Shown here: positions 31,556 through 41,448 of the stretch, piece by piece
How the letters are laid out: each line of letters opens with the position of its first letter
How positions within the stretch are numbered: the stretch's first letter is position 1
Source of the DNA: Nitrospirota bacterium
Lineage (GTDB): Bacteria > Nitrospirota > UBA9217
NCBI GenBank assembly: GCA_021814615.1
Contig: JAKAHZ010000004.1
Span: 6,246 to 70,245, forward strand
Direction: 5' to 3'
Length of the DNA: 64,000 bases
The notes under the pieces: model-generated
Seen by the model: only the letters and a program-made list of their open reading frames with translations
What the model was told of the DNA's origin: nothing
Databases searched by the model: none
Made by a program: the position numbers and the translations under genes

Positions 31556-32680
31556 ATGTTTATGCAGAAGATGGCCGACGAGGGAACGGCGACGGCGAAA
31601 GGAGCCACCGCCAGACAATGGGGCTTCAGGATGGTTATCGCTCTTTGCCTGGTTGCCGGCCTAGCCTATTCGGTGAAGAAGGCAGCCTATGCCTTTGCCC
31701 ATGAAAGCACGGACGACGCCTTCATCGAAGGGACGGTGGTGCCCATCAGCTCCGAGGTGAAGGGCAGGGTCACCAGGGTGCTCGTCGCGGACAACCAACT
31801 GGTCAGGGCCGGGGACCCGCTCGTGGAGATCGCGGCGGACGATTACGCCGCCGTGGTACAGGCGCGCAGGGACGCCGTTTCCCGCCTGAACGCCGAGCAG
31901 CAGGAGACCCGCGCGTTGATCAAGGCGAAGACCATGGCGCTTGCACGGGCGCGCGCGGACCTGGGCGCGGCCGAATCAGGGGCCGCGCTCGCGGAAAAGG
32001 ACCTGAACCGGAGCTCCGAACTCCGGAAGAAGGAGGTCATCTCGCCGAGCCAGTACGATCAGGCGGAACTGCGCCAGAAGGACGCCGCTGCCCGCCTGGC
32101 CTCGGCGCAGGCGGCGGTTTCGGAGACGGAAGCGGCGGTCGAAGCGCTGAACGCGCAGCTCGCGACGCAAAGCTTCAGGATCAGGGAAGCGGCAACGGCG
32201 CTCGACCTCGCCCGGCTGGATCTCGGCAGGACGACGATTACGGCGCCGGCCGCCGGAAGGATCGCGAAGAAGAACGTTGACGAGGGCAAGTACGTGCAGC
32301 CGGGCCAGCCGCTGCTCGCGATCGTGGACGACAGCAGCCTCTGGGTTGTGGCGAACTTCAAGGAAACCCAGATCGGCCGCATGAAACCGGGCCAGCGCGT
32401 GGATATTGCCGTGGACGCCTATCCGGGCGTCACCTTCGCGGGACACGTGCAGAGCATGCAGCCCGGCACCGGGGCGGTATTCAGCCTCCTGCCGCCGCAG
32501 AACGCCTCGGGCAACTTCGTGAAGGTGGTGCAGCGCGTTCCCGTCAAGATCCTCATCGACGGGAAACCCGACCCGGACCGTCCCCTCCGGCCGGGGCTTT
32601 CGGTTTATCCCTCGGTGGCGATCAAGGAACCGGCCGGGAACGATCAGGCAGCGAGTGTGGGGCATGGCGACATCAGATAA
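31556..32680 (+). CDS. HlyD/EmrA-family membrane fusion protein
   Basis: RBS aggagg then ATG at 31556. N-terminal TM, long coiled-coil and biotinyl-like lipoyl folds typical of EmrA. The listed ORF start at 31268 is an upstream out-of-context extension. Confidence 0.8.
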   Translation: MFMQKMADEGTATAKGATARQWGFRMVIALCLVAGLAYSVKKAAYAFAHESTDDAFIEGTVVPISSEVKGRVTRVLVADNQLVRAGDPLVEIAADDYAAVVQARRDAVSRLNAEQQETRALIKAKTMALARARADLGAAESGAALAEKDLNRSSELRKKEVISPSQYDQAELRQKDAAARLASAQAAVSETEAAVEALNAQLATQSFRIREAATALDLARLDLGRTTITAPAAGRIAKKNVDEGKYVQPGQPLLAIVDDSSLWVVANFKETQIGRMKPGQRVDIAVDAYPGVTFAGHVQSMQPGTGAVFSLLPPQNASGNFVKVVQRVPVKILIDGKPDPDRPLRPGLSVYPSVAIKEPAGNDQAASVGHGDIR

Positions 32681-34211
32681 GGGCATCATTACGCTCACGG
32701 TCATGCTGGGAACCATCATGGCCGCCCTCGATTCGAGCATCGTGAACGTGGCCTTGCCGTACATGCGCGGGACCCTGGGGACCTCGGTCGAGGAGATCAC
32801 CTGGGTGGCGACGGCCTACATCCTCGCCACGGTCATTGTCATGCCCATCGTGGGCATGCTGAGCAGCCGGTACGGCAGGAAGAACTTCTACCTCTTCAGC
32901 ATCGTGAGCTTCACCGTCAGTTCGATGCTCTGCGGCCTTGCCTGGGACCTGCCCTCCATGGTCCTGTTTCGCGTGATCCAGGGCGTGGGCGGCGGCGTCC
33001 TGATCCCCGTCGCCCAGGCGATCCTGCGGGAGACCTTTCCGCCGGAAGAGCAGGGCAAGGCCATGGGGCTCTACGGCTTCGGCGTGGTTCTGGGGCCCGC
33101 CTTCGGGCCCACCCTGGGCGGCTGGCTCACGGACCATTTCTCCTGGCCTTGGATCTTCTATATCAACGTGCCGATCGGGATCATCAACATTCTGATGGTC
33201 ATGCGCTACATCAAGGACCCTCCGTACCTGGTGCGCGAAAAGACGAAGATCGACGGCCTGGGCCTGGCGTTCATGACCGTCGGCCTGGGAGCGCTCCAGA
33301 TCATGCTCGAACGGGGGGAGCGGGAGGCCTGGTTCGAGTCGGATACGATCCGGCTGCTCCTGGTTCTCTCGGTCGCCAGCCTCGCGTTCTTTGTGTGGCG
33401 CGAGCTGACCTGTGACAAGCCAGCCGTGGACCTCAGAATCCTGAAGGACCTCAATTTCACATCAGGCTCCCTGATCGGGGGCGTGATCGGGATGGGCCTC
33501 TTCGGCAGCCTGTTTTTGCTGCCCCTCTTCCTGCAGCAGCTCCTGGGGTACCCGGCCCTGGATTCCGGCGTCGCCCTCATGCCCCGGAGCCTTGCCATGG
33601 CCGTGGCCATGCCGGTGGCCGGCAGGTTTTACAACCGGCTGGGGCCGCGGATTCTGATCGGGGCGGGCCTCGTCGTAACGGCGCTTTCGTTCTATCAGCT
33701 CTCGCTCCTGTCGCTCAACGTGGGGTATCTGGACATCTTCTTCCCCCAGTTCCTGCAGGGCATCGGGTTCGGCCTGATCTTCGTGGCACTCAGCACCGCT
33801 TCGCTTGCCACCATCGAGCGGCAGAACATGACTGCCGCAGCGGGATTGTACAATGTGGTTCGCCAGGTCTTCGGGAGCATCGGCATCGCCCTGTCGGCAT
33901 CCCAGCTGACCAAGGCGATGACGGAGTATCACGCAGTCCTCGCGGAGAAGGTAACGGAATACGGGGAAACCGGCATCCGGTGGGTCGGAACGGTTGCCGG
34001 CGCCATGCAAGGGCAGGGTGCAGATCCCGCCGCCGCCCGGCAGATGGCTCTGACGCTCCTGGACGGCGAAGTGTCCCGCCAGGCGAGCATGCTGGCGTTC
34101 AATCACCTGTACGTGCTCGTCACGTTCCTGTTTCTTATTTCCTTTCCCCTGATCTTTTTTCTGAAGTCCGCAAAGAAACAGGAAGGGGCGGAGGAAATGA
34201 TCGCAGAGTGA
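32655..34211 (+). CDS. MFS transporter, DHA2 (EmrB/QacA) family, 14-TM drug efflux
   Basis: MFS motif A-like region. 14 hydrophobic segments. Overlaps the emrA-like gene. Confidence 0.85.
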   Translation: MWGMATSDKGIITLTVMLGTIMAALDSSIVNVALPYMRGTLGTSVEEITWVATAYILATVIVMPIVGMLSSRYGRKNFYLFSIVSFTVSSMLCGLAWDLPSMVLFRVIQGVGGGVLIPVAQAILRETFPPEEQGKAMGLYGFGVVLGPAFGPTLGGWLTDHFSWPWIFYINVPIGIINILMVMRYIKDPPYLVREKTKIDGLGLAFMTVGLGALQIMLERGEREAWFESDTIRLLLVLSVASLAFFVWRELTCDKPAVDLRILKDLNFTSGSLIGGVIGMGLFGSLFLLPLFLQQLLGYPALDSGVALMPRSLAMAVAMPVAGRFYNRLGPRILIGAGLVVTALSFYQLSLLSLNVGYLDIFFPQFLQGIGFGLIFVALSTASLATIERQNMTAAAGLYNVVRQVFGSIGIALSASQLTKAMTEYHAVLAEKVTEYGETGIRWVGTVAGAMQGQGADPAAARQMALTLLDGEVSRQASMLAFNHLYVLVTFLFLISFPLIFFLKSAKKQEGAEEMIAE

Positions 34212-34248
34212 GGTCCGAATGCGGAATGCCGGAGGCTGTGAGGAAGTC

Positions 34249-34887
34249 ATGTCAACTGCTCAAAAAAAGGTGATCACCATTTCCCGGCAACTGGCGAGCG
34301 GAGGCGCTTATATCGGCCATCTGATCGCCCAAAAGACCGGGTACCGTTATGTGGAGCGGGAGGTCCTGCACAGGGCGGCGCGGGAACTCGGTGTGGACAT
34401 CCGGGACGTCGCCGGCCAGGACGAGAAGAAGAGCGGGTTCGTCGAGAGCCTGATGAAGAGCTTCGTCTTCGGGACGCCGGAAGCGGTCTACATCCCCCCG
34501 GCCCGGCGGCCGGTGTATGACGAGGAGCTCTATGAGGCCGAGTGCCGCATCATCCGAAAGATCGCCGAGCGCAGCGATATCGTCCTCGTGGGCCACGCGG
34601 GATTCAGCGTGCTGGCCGGCCAGCCGCATGCGTTTCACCTGTATATCCATGCGCCGAAGGAATTCCGCGTCAGCCGCCTTTCGGCGTTTCACTCCCTGAA
34701 CCGGGAAGCGGCTCTCGCGGAGATCGACGAATCGGATCAACGGCGGGAGAAATACCTCCGTTCGCGCACGGGCAAGGAGTGGCACGATGCGCGGAACTAT
34801 CATCTCTGTCTGGATGCGTCGATACTGAGATTTGAAGCTGCGGCGGATATGATCGTCAACCTCGTGCATGAGGCGAAGCAACGCTGA
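34249..34887 (+). CDS. Cytidylate kinase-like family (AAA_28) protein
   Basis: P-loop-like ITISRQLASGGAYIG. Start taken at MSTAQKK. Confidence 0.5.
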   Translation: MSTAQKKVITISRQLASGGAYIGHLIAQKTGYRYVEREVLHRAARELGVDIRDVAGQDEKKSGFVESLMKSFVFGTPEAVYIPPARRPVYDEELYEAECRIIRKIAERSDIVLVGHAGFSVLAGQPHAFHLYIHAPKEFRVSRLSAFHSLNREAALAEIDESDQRREKYLRSRTGKEWHDARNYHLCLDASILRFEAAADMIVNLVHEAKQR

Positions 34888-34894
34888 GGTTGCT

Positions 34895-35395
34895 ATGAAA
34901 GGTTTTTCCCGAGCAGTTCTTGTCGTCAGCCTGCTTTTCCCCGCAGCTGCCCCGGCGCTGACGCTGGAGGAAGGCCTGAAGATCGTGGATGAGGCCGGCC
35001 GTGACGCGCGCATCGCGCGGTCCCAGGAGGACGCGGCGCGGTCAGCCTGGCTGCCGCAGTCGAGCGGAGCGAGCTCCTGGCGCTCAAGCTAACGAGGGAC
35101 AAGATCGTCGATGCGGTCCGGCTCGACGTGGAGTCCGCCTATCTCGACTTTGAAAGTTCCGCCAAGAAAATCGAGGTTGCGAAGGCAGCCGTTGCCCGGG
35201 CGGAGGAGAACGCACGGCTGCAGCAGCTGCGGTACCAGGAAGGCGTGGCGACCGCTACGGAAGTTCTGGACTCGGTCACGCTCCTGTCCACGGACCAGAC
35301 AACTCGTGGCGCGCGCTGTATTCCTACGAGCGCGCAAGGGCGCGCCTGATCCATGCGATGGGCAGGGATCTTCAGGCTGCGTACCGGAACTAGAT
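34895..35395 (+). pseudogene. Degraded TolC-like outer-membrane efflux factor gene remnant (frameshifted and internally deleted)
   Basis: Three frames in succession carry signal plus TolC N-terminus (LTLEEGLKIVDEAGRDARIARSQEDAAR), then TolC C-terminal repeat (ESAYLDFESSAKKIEVAKAAVARAEENARLQQLRYQEGVATATEVLDS), then terminal ALYSYERARARLIHAMG. Total ~0.5 kb against ~1.4 kb for an intact gene. Confidence 0.6.
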
Positions 35396-35524
35396 CGAAG
35401 CGGGAACGGGGGGGAGCGGCTTGTTCGTCCGGGCAACGGCAGGGTGTGCGGCAGGCCGTGGAGAAGCTGGCGGGAAGAAAAACGGCCGGGCGTGACGGGA
35501 ATGCATCAGCCCGGCCTGAGGGGA

Positions 35525-36130
35525 TCAATCCTGGGGTGATCGCCGTCTCTGGCCGTCGGGGTTCGGCCCCCTGCCGGGTCCCATGCCCTGGCCCATGCCG
35601 CGACCCTGTCCGCCGCCGCGCGCTCCCGTGATCAGGTCGCGCATCTCGCGCTGGAACTCCTGCTGGAAGATCAGGAACCGGGCCTGCTGTTCCACCGTGA
35701 GCAGCGTTCTGATATCCTTCAACTCGCGGTTCCTGAGCTCCTGCATGTCCCGGTGATTCTGCTCGATCCTGTCCAGGGCGCTCTTGAGCCGGTTGTCGTC
35801 GGGTTTCTGCGGCCTGAGCAGCGCGCGAAGCTCCTGCATGAGCTCCATCTGGCCCTTCATGATCTCCCGCCGCCTCTGGTCCTGGCTGCTCAGGATGGAC
35901 GAGAGTTTCGAACTCGTTGCATCGTCCAGCCTGAGCTCCTCCATCATCCGCCACATCCTCACCGCCTCGATCTTCTTCCTGATCTCCTCGCGCCGCTCCG
36001 GCGAAGGCTGGCTGTCGGCCCCGGGATCGGCGAATTCGCCGGGAGGGGGAGCCTGCCGCTGCTGCGCAGCGGCGGGAAGCCCGGAGAAGATCAAGAGCGA
36101 TGCAGCGATGAGAACTCGTGTCAGCTTCAT
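35525..36130 (-). CDS. Periplasmic LTXXQ-motif protein (CpxP/Spy family) with Gly/Arg-rich tail
   Basis: Signal peptide present. Repeated helical motifs and an LTVEQQ motif. Located downstream of the ECF sigma/anti-sigma pair. Confidence 0.55.
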   Translation of the reverse strand: MKLTRVLIAASLLIFSGLPAAAQQRQAPPPGEFADPGADSQPSPERREEIRKKIEAVRMWRMMEELRLDDATSSKLSSILSSQDQRRREIMKGQMELMQELRALLRPQKPDDNRLKSALDRIEQNHRDMQELRNRELKDIRTLLTVEQQARFLIFQQEFQREMRDLITGARGGGQGRGMGQGMGPGRGPNPDGQRRRSPQD

Positions 36131-36177
36131 GGTATGCCTCCTGAATGCGAGGGTCGTTCCGTCGATTCTATGCTCAA

Positions 36178-36843
36178 CTAACCTGAATAGTCACCAAGCG
36201 TACTCGTGCGCGGGTATTTCGCGCCTGATTTCTTTTCCTGTTTCAGCATGTGGTCCAGCCGGTCCAGTTCGCTGCTGCTGAGATCGGCGAGGTCTTCGGA
36301 CAGATCGCGTTCCGAGGTTTCGCGGAGATTCTCCGCGACCGCTTCCTTCACCGGAACGAAAGCATTCTCCGCCCACCGGGAGACTGCCTGGAACTCCTGC
36401 GAGGACAGTTCCGCGAGTTGCCCCGTATCGACCGTTTCTGTTTCGTCGATCGAGGCGACCAGACCGGTTGTCGGAAGAGGACCCGTGGTCTCCGTCCGGG
36501 ATTTGACCAGCACCCAGGAGAGGGAGGCCACCACGAGCAGGGCGGCAGCGGCCCAGGACAGGCGCGGGAGAGACCATTGGCCGAACACCCGGTCGAATAA
36601 TGACGGGGTGGGGGTGCGCTTTGTCTCCGCATCCCGCCTGACCCTTCCGGGCAGGACGGCCCAGAATGCCTCGCCGGGATCGGGGACCGCTTCCTCGGCA
36701 AGCATGCGCAGGAGTTCCAGTTCCGCGGAGCAGTCTTCGCAGGAACGGCAGTGCTCCTCGATCCGTAACCGGTCTGCCTGGCCGAGACCGTTCTCCAGAT
36801 AGGCGGGCAGGAGTTCCTTGTATTCGGGTTTTGCGCAGTTCAT
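36178..36843 (-). CDS. Anti-sigma factor (zf-HC2 zinc-finger, single TM)
   Basis: H..C..C motif EEHCRSCEDC. Central TM. The start overlaps the sigma-gene stop. Confidence 0.65.
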   Translation of the reverse strand: MNCAKPEYKELLPAYLENGLGQADRLRIEEHCRSCEDCSAELELLRMLAEEAVPDPGEAFWAVLPGRVRRDAETKRTPTPSLFDRVFGQWSLPRLSWAAAALLVVASLSWVLVKSRTETTGPLPTTGLVASIDETETVDTGQLAELSSQEFQAVSRWAENAFVPVKEAVAENLRETSERDLSEDLADLSSSELDRLDHMLKQEKKSGAKYPRTSTLGDYSG

Positions 36844-37427
36844 TGCGACCTCGTATCAGCGGAAGCCGGTTCCTTGTTTTCTGCGGGCTTGCTGCTCTCC
36901 TGTTCCTGCATCAGGACCTTCAGCTTCTGCACGCCGTGATGGAAATTCGCCTTTGCCGTGCCGATGGTGCAACCCAGGATGCCGGCGATCTCATCGAAGC
37001 TCTTCTGCTCCTGGATGCGGAGCATGACCGTAAGCCGCTGCTTTTCCGGCAAGGAGACGACGGACCGCCGCAGGCGGAGCCGCGTTTCCTTGCCGATCAG
37101 GGACTCGACGATCTTCGGGTCTCTCCGGATGACCACGTCGTCCAGGGAACAGCGCTGGATGACCTTCCGGTCCCGGTAGACGTTCTTCGCCAGGTTGATG
37201 GCGATCTGGTACAGCCAGGTTTTGAAGCTGGACCGCCGTTCGAACCCGCCGACGCCGGTGAAGGCCTTGACGAAGGTCTTCTGCAGCAGGTCCGCCGCGT
37301 CGTCCTGATCGCTCACCATCCGGTAGAGCATGGCGTAGAGCGGCTTCTGGTGCTTTCTGACCAGTTCATCGAAGGCTTCGCGGTCGCCGGCAGCATGGCG
37401 GTCCAGGAGCGCGCTGTCCTCATCCAT
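36840..37427 (-). CDS. ECF (sigma-70 family) RNA polymerase sigma factor
   Basis: Region 2 and region 4 signatures (FDELVRKHQKPLYAMLYRMV...; SFDEIAGILGCTIGTAKANFHHGVQKL). Start taken at the internal MDEDSALL. Confidence 0.8.
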   Translation of the reverse strand: MDEDSALLDRHAAGDREAFDELVRKHQKPLYAMLYRMVSDQDDAADLLQKTFVKAFTGVGGFERRSSFKTWLYQIAINLAKNVYRDRKVIQRCSLDDVVIRRDPKIVESLIGKETRLRLRRSVVSLPEKQRLTVMLRIQEQKSFDEIAGILGCTIGTAKANFHHGVQKLKVLMQEQESSKPAENKEPASADTRSQ

Positions 37428-37488
37428 AGGTACCCCGTTGTTTGATGGGTGAGACACGGTCGTGTGCAAAAGGTTGAATGCTGCCGGA

Positions 37489-39699
37489 TCAGACCTTCGC
37501 CGCGGGCGGGGCTGCGGCAGCGGCAGCCTCGCGGTGGAAGCAGACGCGGTTCCTGCCGTTCCGCTTGGCGTGGTAGAGCGCCTCGTCTGCGCAGGCAACC
37601 AGGATGTCGCGATTCTCCGTATCCTCGGGGAAGGCGGCGACGCCGATGCTCAGCGTGATTTTGAGTTCGCCGTCGAAGACCCGCGCGGCGACGGTCTGCT
37701 CCATGACCGCGCGGATGCGCTCGGCGATGAGCCCGGCGCCTTTCGCGTCCGTCTCGATCATGCCCACGGCGAACTCTTCGCCGCCGTAGCGGGCGACGAA
37801 GTCCGTGGCGCGGACCGTCTCCCGCAGTACCTTGGCGACGGCCTTGATGGCAAGGTCGCCCACGGGATGGCCGTACTTGTCGTTCACGCCCTTGAACTTG
37901 TCGATGTCCATGAGCAGGATGGAGAAGGGGCGGGGTGTGCGTTCCAACTCCTTGTACCGCTCGGCGAGCTTCTCCATGAAGGTCCGGTGGTTCAGGAGAC
38001 CCGTCAGGCCGTCGCAGCGCGCCATGTTCTCGATCTGTTCGAAGAGCTTGGCATTGGCCGCGACAAGCGATATCTGGTTCAGGAGCGTATCGAGCAGGCT
38101 GTCCCGCTGGTATTCGGAGAACGCAGCGGGCTTGAGCGACGAGAGGAAGACCGCCCCGAGAAAATTATTGTTCGTGACCAGGAGCCTGCCATACATGGAT
38201 CGGAGAGGGCGCTGCAGCTCCTTGAAGGGGAACAGCCCGATGTCCCTGCCACGGCTGCCGAAATCGGACGTATAGTATTTGCCGATCCGCTGTTCGGTCC
38301 AATGCTTGTGCATGTGGACCATGATGGCGCTCGCTTCCAGGGGGAATGTCTTGCCGAGGAAGCTTTTGTCGTAGCCATGGAGCCCGACGAACTGCAGGTT
38401 CTGCCCGCCTTCGGCCTCGGTCGCCAGCACGCAGGCGCCGAAATCAAATGGCACGACGCTCTGAATTTTCGGGATCACGGTGCTCATGATCTCTCCGAAC
38501 TTGAGGCTGTTGTTGAGGTCCGTGCTGATCTCGTGGAGCGCGCTGAAGTGATCGGCGCGTGCCTTGAGCTTGAGGGTTAGCGAGGTGTTCTCGATGATCT
38601 GCACGAAGAAGGGCGCGAAATTGTTCAGCATGTCCTGGTTCTCATCGGAGAACGCGCCCGGTTCCAGGCTGTCCACGGCGAGGACCGCAATGGCCTGATC
38701 GTTATTGACGATCGGCAGCATCAGCAACGACCGGACCGCCGGCAACCGGGCGTCTCCCCGATAGTAGCCGAGGTTGTCGAGGGGGGTGCCCAGCGCGGTG
38801 AGGTCCGAGATGTTCTGCGTCTGGCGCTGGTCCGCGCAGATGACGATGAGCTTCCTGCCGCTTTCGTCCGGGAGCGCGCCCAGCGGAAGAACGGCATCGG
38901 GGCTCTCGGTCCTGATCGCGCGAAGCGTGTACACGTCCGTCTCATCCCGGAATTCGCGGAGAAAGAGCGCGTAGGTATGGGCCGGCACGAAGCCGTAGAT
39001 CATGTCGATGAGGCCGTTGAAGGTGATCTCGCGCTGCTGCACCGACTGGAGATGGACGGCCCGCCGGTGGTCCGTGGAGAGAGATTGCAGTTCGCCGGTG
39101 ACAGCGAAGGGATCGACAGCATCGGCGCCCTTGATCAGCCGCTCGTGCGCGTCCCGGACCCTGTCCTCCTCGCGCAGGCGCTGACGGATGATGGAGCTGG
39201 TGGCCATGGAGACGCCGGCAAGGGCCACGGGATAGCCTGCGTACTTGTCCCACTGTGCAGGATCGAACTGGCGGCCCACATACAGGTTCGCTGACTCGAT
39301 GGCGATGACCAGGAGCACCATGGAGAGCGCCTGGGGAAGGCGGGAGAGGGAGGAGAACACGACGGCGAGGACGAAATAGGCCGGCCAGAGCGACGCGTGA
39401 GTCTCGCCAGCGAGCTGGATCACGAAGTTCAGGAGCACGACGCCCAGTACGATGAAACTGAACGGCAGGGGATAGAGCGGCGTCCCGGTGAAGACGAAGT
39501 CGTAGGTGCACCAGAGGAGGAGAAAGAGGTAGCCGGCGACCCAGGGGAAGAACCAGGAACTGGAGATTCCCGATTCGAGGAAGAGCCCGGCAGCGGCGAG
39601 AAAGGTGTAGACGATCAGACCGGCAGTCACCAGTCTTCTCACTGTTTGCGTCTCCTCAGCAGTTCCTCTTCCCGGTACTTGCGGTAGAGCACGTCCCAT
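37489..39699 (-). CDS. Membrane-anchored GAF-domain diguanylate cyclase (GGDEF)
   Basis: N-terminal multi-TM region, GAF-like regions, and a C-terminal GGEEF active-site motif with RYGGEEF context. Confidence 0.8.
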   Translation of the reverse strand: MGRALPQVPGRGTAEETQTVRRLVTAGLIVYTFLAAAGLFLESGISSSWFFPWVAGYLFLLLWCTYDFVFTGTPLYPLPFSFIVLGVVLLNFVIQLAGETHASLWPAYFVLAVVFSSLSRLPQALSMVLLVIAIESANLYVGRQFDPAQWDKYAGYPVALAGVSMATSSIIRQRLREEDRVRDAHERLIKGADAVDPFAVTGELQSLSTDHRRAVHLQSVQQREITFNGLIDMIYGFVPAHTYALFLREFRDETDVYTLRAIRTESPDAVLPLGALPDESGRKLIVICADQRQTQNISDLTALGTPLDNLGYYRGDARLPAVRSLLMLPIVNNDQAIAVLAVDSLEPGAFSDENQDMLNNFAPFFVQIIENTSLTLKLKARADHFSALHEISTDLNNSLKFGEIMSTVIPKIQSVVPFDFGACVLATEAEGGQNLQFVGLHGYDKSFLGKTFPLEASAIMVHMHKHWTEQRIGKYYTSDFGSRGRDIGLFPFKELQRPLRSMYGRLLVTNNNFLGAVFLSSLKPAAFSEYQRDSLLDTLLNQISLVAANAKLFEQIENMARCDGLTGLLNHRTFMEKLAERYKELERTPRPFSILLMDIDKFKGVNDKYGHPVGDLAIKAVAKVLRETVRATDFVARYGGEEFAVGMIETDAKGAGLIAERIRAVMEQTVAARVFDGELKITLSIGVAAFPEDTENRDILVACADEALYHAKRNGRNRVCFHREAAAAAAPPAAKV

Positions 39700-39917
39700 T
39701 CGGGGCTGCCCTCGGGCACCTTGCGGGAAAGGGACTGGATCGTTTTCCGCGCGGCGCTGTCCGCCTCGTCGTCGAACTTGAGCTCCTCGGTGAAGACCCG
39801 CTTGATCTCTCGGAGCACCCGCTCGTCCGCGACCAGGGGTTCTGCTGCGCGGCCCTTCAAAATGCCGTCGGCGATCAGGTGCGAAACGTGCGATATGCGG
39901 TCTTCGGACAGTCGCAT
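39639..39917 (-). CDS. DUF507 family protein (second of a tandem pair)
   Basis: 93 aa starting MRLSEDRISHVSHLIADGI. Paralogous to the upstream gene. The ATG overlaps the upstream TGA. Confidence 0.55.
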   Translation of the reverse strand: MRLSEDRISHVSHLIADGILKGRAAEPLVADERVLREIKRVFTEELKFDDEADSAARKTIQSLSRKVPEGSPEWDVLYRKYREEELLRRRKQ

Positions 39918-40198
39918 CAGAGCACCATCCCCCGTTCCTTGGCGATTTTCTGCTTGGTTAGTTCGAAGACCTTGCGGTAGTCCATGTTCCCCTTGGCGAT
40001 CTCCGATTCGAAGGCGGCCAGCTTCTTTTCCACTTCCTTGTTCAGACGGTCCTCGGCGAGGAGATCGGCGGTGATGATCTCGGCGATCTTCAGGGTGAGC
40101 TCCCGGCGCGTGCCTGCGGGCTTTACGAGCTTCTTCGATTCGAGGCTTACGGCCATGGCTTCGGCGATATGGGCGATCAGTTCCTTGGAGAGACGCAT
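39917..40198 (-). CDS. DUF507 family protein (first of a tandem pair)
   Basis: 93 aa starting MRLSKELIAHIAEAMAVSLE. Paralog of the adjacent downstream gene. Confidence 0.55.
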   Translation of the reverse strand: MRLSKELIAHIAEAMAVSLESKKLVKPAGTRRELTLKIAEIITADLLAEDRLNKEVEKKLAAFESEIAKGNMDYRKVFELTKQKIAKERGMVL

Positions 40199-40332
40199 GG
40201 AAACTCCTTCCGCTGCGCATTATACCAGAAAAGGGATGCACGGAGAACCGAAAAGGGAAAAGGGAAAGGCGCAGTCGCTCTCTGAAGGAAGCGAATGCGG
40301 GAAGGAACCGCAGGCCCGGTAAGCGGCCATCT

Positions 40333-41391
40333 CTATGCGGGTTGGCAATGCGGTGATCCCTTGGAGGGGAAGAGCCGGGCCGCAGCCATCCAAATCAGGA
40401 GGGGCGCGACCATACCGAAGATGCGTGCGGACCAGAGAATCTTTGTGAGGAAAGCCGGGTCCGGCCCCCGCCACGCAAAGACGATGCCGGAACAAAGGAC
40501 GGTCAGAAGGTGCTGCAGCGAGAGCAGCAAGAAGCCTGTCGCGACACGTTTGGCCTGCGTCGCTCGTCGGACCGAGCGGGCATTCGCCGCGAAGAGCACC
40601 GACAAGAGCACGGCATTCAGGATATCGTAGGTAAGGTCGCTGTGCAGGGTGCCTGCCGCCGTTCGGAACAGGATGATCCTTCCCTCGGCGGAAACCGTGA
40701 GGCTGCTCGGGACGGCGCCGATGAGGGCGTTTGCCGTTGCGGCGATGAGTACCGCGTAGCGTTCGATCAGCAGATGAATGGCCCCGAACGCGGCGATGCT
40801 CGCGAGGATGCAGGAGAAGACCGTTCGCGCCGCCGCGCTGGTAAGCGGGATGCTCTTGTTGACCCAGAGGAACCAGGTCGCGAAGACGATGACGGCAAAT
40901 GCGCCCTGCAACAGGTAGACATGCACGAGGTCGAACAGGTTGTTTGCATAATGGCCTACCATGCCGAGTACGCCGATCCGCAATATGTTCAGGGCCATGA
41001 TGACGAAAAATCCGGTCAGAATCCCTGCAAGGCGGTAGGCGCGGGTGTGCGAACGGAACGGCAGCACGCCTGCGCAGTAGATGGCGAAATACTGAAGGGC
41101 GGTGCATTCATGGGTTATCTCCATGGGAAAGTCGTAGAGGGTCAGGATCGTTCCCGAGAGCGCGGCGGGAATAGAGAACAGGCTCCAGAACCGGTAAGCA
41201 AGATAGGCAGTAAAGGGCTTTACCCAGTCGAATATTCCCCAAGGAGACTGCGAAAGGCAGAAAAATGCCGTCAGGAAAAAAAGAAAGGTAAGGATGAACC
41301 TGCGGTCGATGCTGAAGAGGCGCGGTGTGTCGTTCTGATTCTGCATGGTTGCAAACGTCTCTGCCGGGGCGGCGGTCGTCTGAATTCGCAC
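40333..41391 (-). CDS. Exosortase/archaeosortase-family polytopic membrane protein (putative)
   Basis: About 8 TM segments. Conserved Cys/Arg/Asn context (THECTALQYF, ALNILRIGVLG). Lies immediately downstream of a protein bearing a C-terminal TM + Arg-cluster sorting signal. Confidence 0.45.
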   Translation of the reverse strand: MRIQTTAAPAETFATMQNQNDTPRLFSIDRRFILTFLFFLTAFFCLSQSPWGIFDWVKPFTAYLAYRFWSLFSIPAALSGTILTLYDFPMEITHECTALQYFAIYCAGVLPFRSHTRAYRLAGILTGFFVIMALNILRIGVLGMVGHYANNLFDLVHVYLLQGAFAVIVFATWFLWVNKSIPLTSAAARTVFSCILASIAAFGAIHLLIERYAVLIAATANALIGAVPSSLTVSAEGRIILFRTAAGTLHSDLTYDILNAVLLSVLFAANARSVRRATQAKRVATGFLLLSLQHLLTVLCSGIVFAWRGPDPAFLTKILWSARIFGMVAPLLIWMAAARLFPSKGSPHCQPA

Positions 41392-41448
41392 GGGCCGGGA
41401 TCGTTCAGGACCCCGGCCCGTCCGTGTCTTCTGGGTTGTGCTTCCCGG

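Noticed and set aside
37462-38580. 372-aa plus-strand ORF
   Set aside because: Antisense to the GGDEF cyclase gene, with no motifs.
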